Source of the DNA: Rickettsiales bacterium
Lineage (GTDB): Bacteria; Margulisbacteria; Marinamargulisbacteria; GCA-2716485; GCA-002719695
Assembly: GCA_038120575.1 (NCBI GenBank)
Contig: JAYOLY010000003.1
Span: forward strand, 4,988-47,039
DNA: 42,052 nt
Reading direction: 5' to 3'
Positions 1 to 9,662 of the stretch are shown here, one piece after another. Made by a program: the position numbers and the translations under genes. Position 1 is the first letter of the stretch. Every line of letters begins with the position of its first letter. The notes under the pieces are model-generated. The model ran no database searches, was not told the origin of the DNA, and saw only the letters and a program-made list of their open reading frames with translations.

Positions 1-1251
1 GGATCAGGCGGTAGAGAACATTCAATTGCTCTCGCTCTCAAAAAAAGTAACCTTGTTACAGACATTTTTATTGCTCCAGGAAATGCTGGAACAAGTCAAG
101 TTGGAACAAACGTAGCAATTAAAGAAAATCAAATTGAAGAGCTGGCTAAGTTTGCAATAAGTAACGCCATAGACATAACATTTGTAGGCCCCGAGGCTCC
201 CCTAGTGAATGGTATTGTCGACCTTTTTGAAAATCATAACCTTTCCATAATTGGTCCATCAAAAAAAGCTGCCCAGCTTGAAGGATCCAAAGATTGGGCA
301 AAACAATTAATGAAAAAATATAATATTCCAACTGCTAATTTTGAAACATTTTCAAATTTTGACAGTGCTATTAACTACATAAAGCATAATCGTCACTATC
401 CTATTGTTATTAAAGCTGATGGACTTGCAGCAGGAAAAGGTGTAACCGTTGCACAATCAGAACAAGACGCTCTTGCAGCACTTGAAGACTGCTTTGTAAA
501 AAACAAATTTAATTCTGCAGGACAACGAGTCGTAATTGAAGAGTTTCTTGCAGGTCAAGAAGCTTCAATTTTTGCATTCACTGATGGAAAAACAATTCTT
601 ACTATGGAACCTGCTCAAGATCATAAAGCTATTTTTGATGGCGATAAAGGCCCAAACACTGGGGGCATGGGAGCCTATTGCCCTGCTCCACTCGTTACAA
701 AACAAATACAAGAAAAAGTTTCTGAAACTGTCTTTAAACCTTTATTGAATGCTATTCAAAAAGAAAACTTAAATTATACAGGAATCATTTATGCCGGATT
801 AATGATTGATGACAATCAAAATGTAAATATTGTTGAGTTTAATGTCAGATTTGGAGATCCTGAAACACAAGTTGTCCTACCAAGACTTAAAACAGATTTA
901 GGATTAATTTTTAAACATATCGCTAGCAAATCATTAGATCAAATTACACTTGAGTGGGATAATGACAGTACAGTTGGCGTTGTTTTAGCCTCAGAAGGAT
1001 ACCCTGAACACTATGAAAAAAACAAAGAAATTACAGGATTAAACCTAATTTCAAATAACTGTCACATCGTTCATGCAGGAACGCTTAATAAAGACAATAA
1101 ATTACTAACAAATGGTGGAAGAGTCTTATGTGTTGTAGGAAAAGACAGCAATCTACAATCAGCAATTCAAAAAACATATAGCGAAATTCCAAAAATATCT
1201 TTTGAAAATATTTACTTTCGTAAAGATATCGGGCAAAAAGGCCTACAATAA
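1..1251 (+). CDS. purD: phosphoribosylamine--glycine ligase (GAR synthetase), 5' end outside window
   Basis: Frame 1 is open from base 1 (GSGGREHSIALALKKS...IAPGNAGT...) and continues into the 205..1251 ORF. It has PurD/ATP-grasp character (VIKADGLAAGKGV, EEFLxGxE, NVRFGDPETQ) and stops at TAA 1249-1251. Confidence 0.95.
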   Translation, partial: GSGGREHSIALALKKSNLVTDIFIAPGNAGTSQVGTNVAIKENQIEELAKFAISNAIDITFVGPEAPLVNGIVDLFENHNLSIIGPSKKAAQLEGSKDWAKQLMKKYNIPTANFETFSNFDSAINYIKHNRHYPIVIKADGLAAGKGVTVAQSEQDALAALEDCFVKNKFNSAGQRVVIEEFLAGQEASIFAFTDGKTILTMEPAQDHKAIFDGDKGPNTGGMGAYCPAPLVTKQIQEKVSETVFKPLLNAIQKENLNYTGIIYAGLMIDDNQNVNIVEFNVRFGDPETQVVLPRLKTDLGLIFKHIASKSLDQITLEWDNDSTVGVVLASEGYPEHYEKNKEITGLNLISNNCHIVHAGTLNKDNKLLTNGGRVLCVVGKDSNLQSAIQKTYSEIPKISFENIYFRKDIGQKGLQ

Positions 1252-1275
1252 ACATTTAATTTAAGGAGATAAACA

Positions 1276-2136
1276 ATGACATGTTATGTTTTTCCAGGAC
1301 AAGGCTCACAATCTGTTGGTATGGGAGAAGACTTATTCAAAGATTTTCCAGACTATGTAGAAAAAGCTAATTCCATATTAAATTATGACATCACTACTCT
1401 ATGTCTTTCTGATCCAAATAATACTTTATCTAAAACCAACTTCACTCAACCTGCTTTGTTTGTTGTGAGTGCATTAGCTTACCTAAAACAACAACAAACT
1501 CAATCCGACGTTCCTACATTTTTAGCAGGACATAGTCTTGGAGAATATTCAGCTCTTTTTGCTGCAAACGTTATAGATTTTGAAACAGGGTTAAAATTAG
1601 TTCAAAAAAGAGGCGAGTTGATGAGTCAAGCCTCTGGTGGTGGCATGGCTGCAGTCATAGGGTTAAGTAGAAAAGATATTGAATCAGTTATAGATACCAA
1701 CCAACTCAATACCATACAAATAGCAAATTTAAATGAACCAAATCAAACTGTCATTTCTGGAGAAAAAGATAGTATTCTATCGGCACAATCACTCTTTGAA
1801 TCTGCAGGAGCTAAGCGATACATACCACTAGCTGTCAGCGGAGCTTTTCATTCTAAATATATGGACAATGCAAAAAAAGAATTTGCTACGTTTATCGAAA
1901 CTATTTCTGTAAATAAACCAACTATTCCAGTAATTGCTAATGTTACAGCGCAACCTGTTAAAGAAAATGAGATTAAGCATCTGTTATGTGAACAAATTGT
2001 AAGTCCAGTGAGATGGGTTGAAACAATTGAATATATTTTAGATAAAAACGAAACTCATTTTGAAGAAATTGGTCCTGGAAAAGTATTATCAGGATTAATT
2101 GCAAAAATAAAACGACATTTAACAGCTAAATCTTAA
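1276..2136 (+). CDS. fabD: malonyl CoA-acyl carrier protein transacylase
   Basis: FPGQGSQxxGMG at the N-terminus and the GHSLGEYSAL active-site serine motif. An AAGGAG SD lies 6 nt upstream of the ATG. Confidence 0.93.
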   Translation: MTCYVFPGQGSQSVGMGEDLFKDFPDYVEKANSILNYDITTLCLSDPNNTLSKTNFTQPALFVVSALAYLKQQQTQSDVPTFLAGHSLGEYSALFAANVIDFETGLKLVQKRGELMSQASGGGMAAVIGLSRKDIESVIDTNQLNTIQIANLNEPNQTVISGEKDSILSAQSLFESAGAKRYIPLAVSGAFHSKYMDNAKKEFATFIETISVNKPTIPVIANVTAQPVKENEIKHLLCEQIVSPVRWVETIEYILDKNETHFEEIGPGKVLSGLIAKIKRHLTAKS

Positions 2137-2137
2137 A

Positions 2138-2740
2138 TTAACGTTTTACAAAAGTGCTATAACATAACGTTCTATCATCTTTGAGCGAAAAATTTGTCCA
2201 ATGAGACAAATAGTCATTGTCCCAAAATGGATCAAAATCTAAACGTTCAAATGTTGTCAAAGACATTGCATCACAAATATCCTGCCATAATACATCAACA
2301 TCAGTTGAGATATACAACTTACCGTATTTCTTTAACTTTGAATAAATCAACTGCAAAGAATCTACATTTATAACGCGACGTTTATGATGTCTTTTTTTAA
2401 ACCAAGGATCGGGATGAAAAACAAACACATGAGACAAACTTTGATCTGGAATAACATCTTCTAAAAAAAGTTCCGCATTTCCATGAAACAAAGCAACATT
2501 ACTTAACTGATTCTGATTAAGTTTCTCCTTTACTTCTTTAACAATGGGTTTACGAACTTCAACCCCAATATAAAACGATGATTGATGTCGTCGAGCCCAA
2601 TGATTTAAAAAAACACCTCGGCCAAAGCCAATTTCAAAAGCTATGTCTTTAGAATCATTCGTGACTATGTCATCAAAATGAAGTTCATCAAAACGATGAG
2701 TAATACTTAGTGGATTTACGTGAGTTCTAATTCTTGTCAT
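2138..2740 (-). CDS. trmB: tRNA (guanine46-N7)-methyltransferase
   Basis: EIGFGRGxFL SAM-binding motif, the FHPDPWFKKRHHKRR signature and a 200 aa length typical of TrmB. Confidence 0.9.
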   Translation of the reverse strand: MTRIRTHVNPLSITHRFDELHFDDIVTNDSKDIAFEIGFGRGVFLNHWARRHQSSFYIGVEVRKPIVKEVKEKLNQNQLSNVALFHGNAELFLEDVIPDQSLSHVFVFHPDPWFKKRHHKRRVINVDSLQLIYSKLKKYGKLYISTDVDVLWQDICDAMSLTTFERLDFDPFWDNDYLSHWTNFSLKDDRTLCYSTFVKR

Positions 2741-2745
2741 AACAG

Positions 2746-3444
2746 CTAATTATACTGTTTAGCTAAAAATTTTTGTATAGTGTCCATATATGAAAAAGCA
2801 GGATTCCAAAAAAAGTGCTTTTTTAAATCATAAGAATAATAGGTAATATTTGAAAAATATTGCTTCATACTATACAAAATATCTCGTTGAGAATTAATTC
2901 TCCACGCAACATCTTTTGCTTCTAAAAATAACACTGGAAGAGTTTCTTTTTTGAAATGATATTGAAATCTGTGTAAAGATAAATAGCCTTTATCATCAAT
3001 AGAAATTGGAGCCAATAATGTCAATGTTTTAAACTTACGTTGCTTTTGATAGGCAATTAAGCCCATAAACGCACCTTCAGATAATCCAATAAAATGAATA
3101 TTGGATGTGTCAACTTTGGGATGATTTTGTAAATACTGAAAAGCTCCCAAAATTGCATTCACTTTTCTGTACCGTTCAATAGGAATAATGGTGATGTAAC
3201 CCCATCGAGAAAATGCATCAGAAATGTGATGAAGATTATAGCCACTTGAATAAGAAAACGCTTTTCCAGCCCAGTCATAAAATTCATCATATCCATATAC
3301 AATAACTGGTAATTTTCCTGGAATAGCAGGAACATTAATTAAAGCTTTAAAATTTCCTAAATAAGAATATCGAATAAGCTTAGGTTCAGCTTGAATTGAA
3401 ACACATAGAAAGCTTAAAATAATTAACAAAAACAATCGAACCAT
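2746..3444 (-). CDS. secreted alpha/beta-fold hydrolase (dienelactone-hydrolase-like), function unknown
   Basis: N-terminal Sec signal peptide (MVRLFLLIILSFLCVSIQA/EP) and a GLSEG nucleophile-elbow (G-x-S-x-G). It lies 5 nt downstream of trmB on the same strand. Confidence 0.6.
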   Translation of the reverse strand: MVRLFLLIILSFLCVSIQAEPKLIRYSYLGNFKALINVPAIPGKLPVIVYGYDEFYDWAGKAFSYSSGYNLHHISDAFSRWGYITIIPIERYRKVNAILGAFQYLQNHPKVDTSNIHFIGLSEGAFMGLIAYQKQRKFKTLTLLAPISIDDKGYLSLHRFQYHFKKETLPVLFLEAKDVAWRINSQRDILYSMKQYFSNITYYSYDLKKHFFWNPAFSYMDTIQKFLAKQYN

Positions 3445-3555
3445 AAAACATATGATATACGATATTAAAGCAAGAACAAAATAACAAAAAAAATATAATC
3501 ATGATCTGATGAATCTTATGTTATAGTAAAATCAAATCAATTTAGGAGTTTAAAA

Positions 3556-4053
3556 ATGGCAGATAAACATTCTTTCGATATAACAGCAAAAATAGAGTTA
3601 CAAGAATTAGATAACGCAATTAATCAAGCTCTTAGAGAAATAAACAACCGCTACGATTTAAAAAGTACTAATACCTCAATTCAATTCGACCAGAAACAAA
3701 ATACAATAACTCTTGAATCTGAGGGAGATTATGCCCTAAAAGCTAGTAAAGATATTTTTCACCAACACCTTGCAAAAAGACAAATTTCTGTGAAAGCCCT
3801 ATCATATAATGAAATAGAAAAAGCAAGTGGAGATAGACAAAGACAAAAAGCATCATTACAGCAAGGTATTCCGCAGGAAAAAGCCAAAGAAATTACAAAA
3901 ACAATTAAAACAACAGGTCTTAAAGTTCAAGCACAAATTAATGGAGATACTTTAAGGGTAAGCGGAAAAAAAATTGACGATCTTCAATCGGTAATACAGT
4001 CTATCAAAGAAGCAAATATTGATTGCCATATGGCTTTTACTAACTTTAAATAA
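3556..4053 (+). CDS. yajQ: YajQ family nucleotide-binding protein (UPF0234)
   Basis: N-terminus SFDITAKIELQELDNAINQALREINNRYDLK and a length of about 165 aa are typical of YajQ. An AGGAG SD lies upstream. Confidence 0.88.
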   Translation: MADKHSFDITAKIELQELDNAINQALREINNRYDLKSTNTSIQFDQKQNTITLESEGDYALKASKDIFHQHLAKRQISVKALSYNEIEKASGDRQRQKASLQQGIPQEKAKEITKTIKTTGLKVQAQINGDTLRVSGKKIDDLQSVIQSIKEANIDCHMAFTNFK

Positions 4054-4055
4054 GC

Positions 4056-4688
4056 TTAGTTTAATAAAGCCTCGTCTAAAGATACAAAATTATACCCTTT
4101 TTCTCTCACAGAACTAATAATTTCGGGCAACAACGATATTGTTTTTGAAGATTCATGTAAAACAATAATACTACCTGGTTTAATTTTGGATATAATTGAT
4201 GAGATAAGATATTTGTTTGAACGATCCCCTTTCCATTCCTCAGGATAAATTGTACCCACAACAATGTAGCTAAAATGTTGATTCACAACTTTTTTATGAC
4301 TATCTAAAACAACAGTAGAAGGAAATCTAAAAAATAAAGGTAAAAATTCTAATGTATTCCAAAAAACCAACTGACTTTTTGCCAAATCTTGTCTAATTAA
4401 ATCCACTGACTTTTTCATATAAGAATGATGTAAATAAGAATGATTTCCAATGCTATGACCTTCCTTCTTAACACGTTTAGTAATACCTGGATATTTACTG
4501 ACAGATTTTCCAATGAAAAAAAAAGAAGCTTTTACATCATATTTCTCTAAAACAGCTAAAATTTTAGGTGAGTATCTTGGGTGAGGGCCATCATCAAACG
4601 TTAAAGCAACAACCTTTTCATTGGTCTTAAACTTATCTACATCAACTGTCTTTGCTGTTAATATAGTAAAAAAAATAAAATTAAAAAA
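4056..4688 (-). CDS. polysaccharide deacetylase (NodB homology domain); open frame without a canonical start codon
   Basis: The minus-strand frame is open from 4688 to stop 4056. It carries all five NodB motifs: TFDDGP, HSIGNHSYLHH, RFPS, YPEEW and IIVLHES. The only ATG/GTG/TTG in this frame is at 4418, downstream of the first two metal-binding motifs. The track ORF 4056..4418 is therefore only the C-terminal part. Confidence 0.7.
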   Translation of the reverse strand, partial: FFNFIFFTILTAKTVDVDKFKTNEKVVALTFDDGPHPRYSPKILAVLEKYDVKASFFFIGKSVSKYPGITKRVKKEGHSIGNHSYLHHSYMKKSVDLIRQDLAKSQLVFWNTLEFLPLFFRFPSTVVLDSHKKVVNQHFSYIVVGTIYPEEWKGDRSNKYLISSIISKIKPGSIIVLHESSKTISLLPEIISSVREKGYNFVSLDEALLN

Positions 4689-6470
4689 CTAAGTACGTAA
4701 TGATTCAAGTTCATCAATCAGTGACTCAATATAAACTATACTTTTATTCCAAAAGGACTCAGACTCAATATCAACACCAACGGCTTTCGTCAACGTAACA
4801 GGATCTGCAACACTGCCAGCCGACAATAATGTTTTTAATTTGGGTATAAACGACGCACCCTCTTCTTTGTATTTTTGATATAATGCCATAACCAATAAAT
4901 TACCAAAATTATAAGCATATACATAAAATGGAACATTTATGAAATGAGGGATTGTAGACCATTCCCAACGATATTCAGTTGGAATAATTACAGAATCTCC
5001 AAACATAGTTTTTAATTCGTTCGTGTAAAGTTCACAATATTCATCAATACTTGGTAGTCCTTTTAAAACTTTATCGTGAATAGCCATTTCAAAACAAGAA
5101 AACATATTTTGACGATGAGATGTAGCAAAAATATCTTCTAATTTTTCAGTTAAAATCGTTTGCTTAGTAAAAGAATCCTCAGCTTCAGTCAATAATAAAT
5201 CTGTCACAATCATTTCACAAAAAACAGATGCTGTTTCAGCTAGCGGCAAAATAGGATGATAATTAATCAACGTTTGTTTGGATGCAAACATATCATGAAT
5301 TGCATGTCCAAGTTCATGTGCCATAGTTGCAACATCTCTAGCTTTTCCTAAATGATTTAACATAACATAAGGTTTCGTATCAGGAGTATATCCAGAGCAA
5401 TAAGCTCCTCCTTGCTTAGTTTTTAAAACAGGCGCATGAATTCGATTTTCATCAAACATCACCTTTGCATAGTGATAAAAATCATCATCAAAAGCAGCAA
5501 ATCCTTTCAAAACAATATCTTTTGAATCTGAATACGAAAAAAATTGTTGCGATTGAGGCATCGGAGCATATATATCAGCCAAAGATAAATCCGGCAAATT
5601 AATAATCTCCGATTTTATTCTATAATATTTTTGAACTAACGTATTAGATCTGGTTGTAACATCATGCAACAACTGAACAGCTTTTGAAGGCAAATCATTG
5701 ACGACGTTTCTAACATGAATAGCAGATTCATATCCTCTCAATTCTCGTTCTAAATTAAAATCTTTAATTAAATTATTAAACACATGCGATATCGTCGTTT
5801 GATGCTCTTCGTATCGAGAATAAAACAATTTCATTGCACGTCGTCTGACATCAGGATCTTCATGTAGACGTAAATTTCGAAGCTGCGTTCCATTTAAAAC
5901 TTGAACGGTTCCATCTAATTCAAATTCAAAATTAAAAGCCGAAGTTAATTCACCATACAATTTTTTATAGCCGTTTTCACCTGTTAAATTTTTAGTTATA
6001 ACTATTTTTTCTTCAGGCTCAGTTAATTTAAATCCTGCATTTTTTTTCTGTCTTTTCAAAAAATAGTTGTAATTTTTTAAAATTGACGATTGTGATAAAG
6101 ATAAAAAACGTTGATCTGACAATTGGCTACATTCTAAACTAAAAAAAAGTAAGTAATTTGAAACATATCGAAAATAATCATCAACTCGAGCTTGAAGTTT
6201 TTTTAAAAAATCACTTTGTATATTAACCGATAAAGACAATGATGCAAATTGAGCTACTTTATAAAGTTTATTATATATAGATTCATAAGTTTGAAATGCT
6301 TTTAAAAATTCAGATTCAGATAAAGATTCTAACTGCTCTTTATACAATTCTTGAAAAGATTTTGCTTCAGACAATACTACATTCAACGATTCCTCAATAG
6401 CGTCATCCTCTGGTGATGAATATAAATCAGATAAATTCCAAACAACTGTTTCTGTGTCTAAAGTACTCAT
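4689..6470 (-). CDS. pepF: oligoendopeptidase F (peptidase M3B)
   Basis: HELGHAIH zinc motif and M3B-type length and layout. The track ORF starts at 6506. I prefer the ATG at 6470 (MSTLDTETVVWNLSDLY) because an AGGGAG SD lies 6 nt upstream. The stop is TAG at 4689-4691. Confidence 0.9.
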   Translation of the reverse strand: MSTLDTETVVWNLSDLYSSPEDDAIEESLNVVLSEAKSFQELYKEQLESLSESEFLKAFQTYESIYNKLYKVAQFASLSLSVNIQSDFLKKLQARVDDYFRYVSNYLLFFSLECSQLSDQRFLSLSQSSILKNYNYFLKRQKKNAGFKLTEPEEKIVITKNLTGENGYKKLYGELTSAFNFEFELDGTVQVLNGTQLRNLRLHEDPDVRRRAMKLFYSRYEEHQTTISHVFNNLIKDFNLERELRGYESAIHVRNVVNDLPSKAVQLLHDVTTRSNTLVQKYYRIKSEIINLPDLSLADIYAPMPQSQQFFSYSDSKDIVLKGFAAFDDDFYHYAKVMFDENRIHAPVLKTKQGGAYCSGYTPDTKPYVMLNHLGKARDVATMAHELGHAIHDMFASKQTLINYHPILPLAETASVFCEMIVTDLLLTEAEDSFTKQTILTEKLEDIFATSHRQNMFSCFEMAIHDKVLKGLPSIDEYCELYTNELKTMFGDSVIIPTEYRWEWSTIPHFINVPFYVYAYNFGNLLVMALYQKYKEEGASFIPKLKTLLSAGSVADPVTLTKAVGVDIESESFWNKSIVYIESLIDELESLRT

Positions 6471-6583
6471 GTTTTTCTCCCTTACTACTCGCGGTATTCT
6501 ATTCATTATATATAAAAAAACAAAAGTTACAACAAAAAGAACAAGTTTGTCATATACAAGTTACTGTAAAATGGATTTAGGTA

Positions 6584-7531
6584 ATGTACATAAAAAAGAA
6601 GTCCTTTTATACTGTCAAAATGTTAAGTAACGTTTTTACAATTGAATCTAAAAATCTTTATTTTTTTGACGATCTCAAATGCTTGTATAGTCTATCTCAT
6701 CATTCAAGTGCACCAATTCTCGTTATCCCTACAATTTCATACAACAATAAATATTATTCCTTAATCAAAAACATAAACAATCAAGATACCCAATCATCCT
6801 TTCACTCCATAATTTGCATCAAAACATGTCAAAGTAAGTCAGACATCATTCATACATTTTTAAATTATTTCAGCATCTCATCAAACAATATTTACAAAAC
6901 AATTTCTTGTTATAAAGTATTTTTTAGCCAGATTGATAACAATCAATTTTTAAAAGACATATTAATTCATTTTTCAGAAAAAAATTCCATAGAACAACTA
7001 CATAAAATAAGAAAAATATGTAAACTTAAACCAAAATTAATACATTTTTGTGAAGTAAAAAATTTTTCATTCAAACAACTCTATCATCTGACGCTAATTC
7101 AACCTGAAATCATCACCCTATATCTAGATAATGCTGACTATTTTCATTTTTCAGCACGTTACCTTGATGAACTTTTGACACTTACATCAGATACCTTAAA
7201 TAGAAATGAACACACTCTATCATCAATTATTGACATAATTTCATCAGTAAAATCTAAATCATCACTATCTCCACAACAAAAAACAAATCAATTAAAAACT
7301 CAACTTATAGAATTGGCTTATCCAACTTTAACCCAAAAAAACAAAGAATTAGACAATCTTGCAAATACAATTCCAAAAAACAAAAACATAAATTTAAATT
7401 GGGATAGAACTTTAGAAAATAAAGGTGTTAATTTAAATATAACCCTCACAAAAGATAAAGATATTGATACACTGTTATCCTATTTAAATAACAATAAAAA
7501 AAACATAATAAATTTAATTAAAGAAACGTAA
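6584..7531 (+). CDS. hypothetical protein; possible degenerate ParB-like DNA-binding protein (by-eye only)
   Basis: A 315 aa ORF ending 3 nt before the SPL-like gene. A central segment (NFSFKQLYHLTLIQPEIITLYLDNADYFHFSARYLDELLTL) and a C-terminal segment (NINLNWDRTLENKGVNLNITLTKDKDIDTLLSYL) resemble the ParB HTH region and the ParB ...V.I....KGKI.I.F.S.E.LD.IL..L segment. No GERRxRA arginine patch is present. Confidence 0.55.
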   Translation: MYIKKKSFYTVKMLSNVFTIESKNLYFFDDLKCLYSLSHHSSAPILVIPTISYNNKYYSLIKNINNQDTQSSFHSIICIKTCQSKSDIIHTFLNYFSISSNNIYKTISCYKVFFSQIDNNQFLKDILIHFSEKNSIEQLHKIRKICKLKPKLIHFCEVKNFSFKQLYHLTLIQPEIITLYLDNADYFHFSARYLDELLTLTSDTLNRNEHTLSSIIDIISSVKSKSSLSPQQKTNQLKTQLIELAYPTLTQKNKELDNLANTIPKNKNINLNWDRTLENKGVNLNITLTKDKDIDTLLSYLNNNKKNIINLIKET

Positions 7532-7534
7532 CAT

Positions 7535-8683
7535 ATGGCATACAAAAAAGCACTTATTCAAAAAGGTTTAGAACAACAAGAAGTCGTCGCCGCAATCAAA
7601 AAGGCCGGATTAGACATTGTAGTTGAAAATACCGAATCAATTATTGATCATTACAGAGAAGGAAAAAAACATCTTAAAGTTGTTGAAAAAAAAGGTGAAA
7701 GTATGGACACCTGTGCAACAATAAGTGATAAATATATCTGCTGTAATGTAAAAGTTCTTAAATCCGTATCCAACTGCCCTTATGATTGCTCATATTGTTT
7801 TTTACAAAATTATCTTAATGATGGCTCTTTGAAAGTTGTGGGTGATGAAAAAACCTTACTAGATGAAGTCAAAGAAAAATGTAATCAAGAACCTAATCGA
7901 TTATTCAGAATTGGAACTTGGGAACTTGGTGACAGTCTAGCTTTAGAGCACGAAACCGGCCAAGCTCAACGTCTTATCAAAGCGTTTACATCAATTCCAA
8001 ATGCACTATTAGAACTGAAGACAAAGTCAGACTGTGTCGACCCCATTTTGTCTATAAATCATCAACTCAAAACTGTTGTATCTTGGTCTTTAAATAGCAA
8101 TTATATAATTCACCACCAAGAACATAAAACTGCTCGATTAAATGAACGACTTGCCGCAATTAAAAAAGTTGTAGATGCTGGATATTTAATTGGCCTACAC
8201 TTTGACCCAATGATCATTCATCCAAATTGGAAAAACGAATATCAATCGTTGCTATCAAATGTATTTAGTGTAGCCCCTGCCCATCAAATAGCTTGGATTT
8301 CAGTTGGATCTCTGCGATTTAACCCAGAAATGAAAAAAAAGATTGAAAACAACTTTCCAAAATCTGCACTTACTTCAACTGAAATGGTGCTTGGTGATGA
8401 TGGAAAAATGCGCTATGTAAAACCTATGAGATTAGAATTATATGATCATTTTTTTAACTGCCTAAAAAAAGAACTCAATCTAAACGACATGTCACCAACT
8501 ACATCATTTACTTTAAACAAACCATTAATTTATTATTGTATGGAACGATGGGATGTATGGGATCACACCTTTGGAGACCACCCAAACTCGATACAAGAAT
8601 TAGATTATTTATTTGCTAAGTCAATGTATGAACGATATCCCTCTATTTTTAATATAAAACCAAATCAACAGTACTACTCTTGA
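7535..8683 (+). CDS. splB: spore photoproduct lyase family radical SAM protein
   Basis: CPYDCSYC (CxxxCxxC) radical SAM cluster motif followed by FLQNYLN. The sequence is colinear by eye with SPL, for example KTKSD...VSWSLNS, AGYLIGLHFDPMI and GSLRFNPEMKKKIENNFP. Confidence 0.82.
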   Translation: MAYKKALIQKGLEQQEVVAAIKKAGLDIVVENTESIIDHYREGKKHLKVVEKKGESMDTCATISDKYICCNVKVLKSVSNCPYDCSYCFLQNYLNDGSLKVVGDEKTLLDEVKEKCNQEPNRLFRIGTWELGDSLALEHETGQAQRLIKAFTSIPNALLELKTKSDCVDPILSINHQLKTVVSWSLNSNYIIHHQEHKTARLNERLAAIKKVVDAGYLIGLHFDPMIIHPNWKNEYQSLLSNVFSVAPAHQIAWISVGSLRFNPEMKKKIENNFPKSALTSTEMVLGDDGKMRYVKPMRLELYDHFFNCLKKELNLNDMSPTTSFTLNKPLIYYCMERWDVWDHTFGDHPNSIQELDYLFAKSMYERYPSIFNIKPNQQYYS

Positions 8684-8765
8684 AATTAAGTTTTGAAATA
8701 TTCAAAAATTTCGATACATATTTTTAACCTAAAATTACGATTATACTAATATCTAAGGAGAATAA

Positions 8766-9410
8766 ATGAATAATCTGCTAAATGGTTTCAGTGCGCCAAA
8801 TTTATTTGAAAATTCTATAAATAATAATAGTACTCCATTTGACAATTATGGTGTTAGTGATGAATTTTCGATGGAACTAGCAAAAATTCAACAACTACTT
8901 GCGCTTCAAAAACAAAACCAAACAACAAATCAAGCAAAACCACAAGTTGAAACAGATAAAACCATTCCAAAGTCTCTAAATAACTTAATATCTCAAACAA
9001 AACCGACACCACTATCTCAAACAAACCTAATTAAAACACCTGAAAGTACAGCATTTAACACAAGCATCACGAATTATATTGACATAAACCATATTGAAAA
9101 TATTATTTCTCAATTTTTTGAAGAGCTTGATCTAACATCCAAAAAAAACTTCAAACGAAAAACAAAAGCATTATTTGAAACACTTACGCGAATCATGGAC
9201 ACACCCAAAAGTGACTCCCAAAAAGATATACACACAGACATTAAAAATAAATTCACAGCAGAATTAAGCGATAATTTAAATTCTATAAAATCATTATCAC
9301 TTGAAAAAAAAGATAATGATGAAATAAATGAAAGAATTCACCATGTTATTACAACGTTTGAATCATTATTTCCTGAAATAAACTCACTTCTAACATCACC
9401 CAAAAGTTAG
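8766..9410 (+). CDS. hypothetical protein, low complexity (N/Q/T/K rich)
   Basis: A 214 aa ORF with an AAGGAG SD 5 nt upstream. No family recognised. Confidence 0.55.
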   Translation: MNNLLNGFSAPNLFENSINNNSTPFDNYGVSDEFSMELAKIQQLLALQKQNQTTNQAKPQVETDKTIPKSLNNLISQTKPTPLSQTNLIKTPESTAFNTSITNYIDINHIENIISQFFEELDLTSKKNFKRKTKALFETLTRIMDTPKSDSQKDIHTDIKNKFTAELSDNLNSIKSLSLEKKDNDEINERIHHVITTFESLFPEINSLLTSPKS

Positions 9411-9651
9411 TCCAAACTCATACAAGATTTTTTCAAAAAATCAAGAGCTTAACATAGCGAAAAGTTGTTTTACAAGAGAAAATAAATATATAATTTTAAT
9501 CCTATATATCAAAATATAATAAAAAAAAACTTGATTACAATATCAGAATCAATTGAAAATATTTTTAACACATGATTAGATATATTTAACATCCAAAAAT
9601 TAAAGATTTGAAAAATTAAACAACTCAAATTTTAAATCAAAAAAAGTAAAA

Positions 9652-9657
9652 AAGGAG
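9652..9657 (+). promoter_or_regulatory. Shine-Dalgarno (AAGGAG) serving the ATG at 9663, the ancestral nrdA start
   Basis: AAGGAG followed by a 5-nt spacer and ATG 9663. No comparable SD precedes the TTG at 9822. Confidence 0.6.
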
Positions 9658-9662
9658 ACAAT

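Noticed and set aside
9426-9589. Possible NrdR boxes or a terminator upstream of nrdA: the AT palindromes GATTTTTT-C-AAAAAATC (9426-9442) and TTAGATATATTTAA (9576-9589).
   Set aside because: The NrdR consensus (acaCwAtATaTwGtgt, usually two boxes about 31-32 bp apart) is not matched. The flanking CAC/GTG arms are missing and there is no properly spaced second box. The first palindrome is an AT-only hairpin with a 1-nt loop. Such palindromes are expected by chance in DNA this AT-rich.
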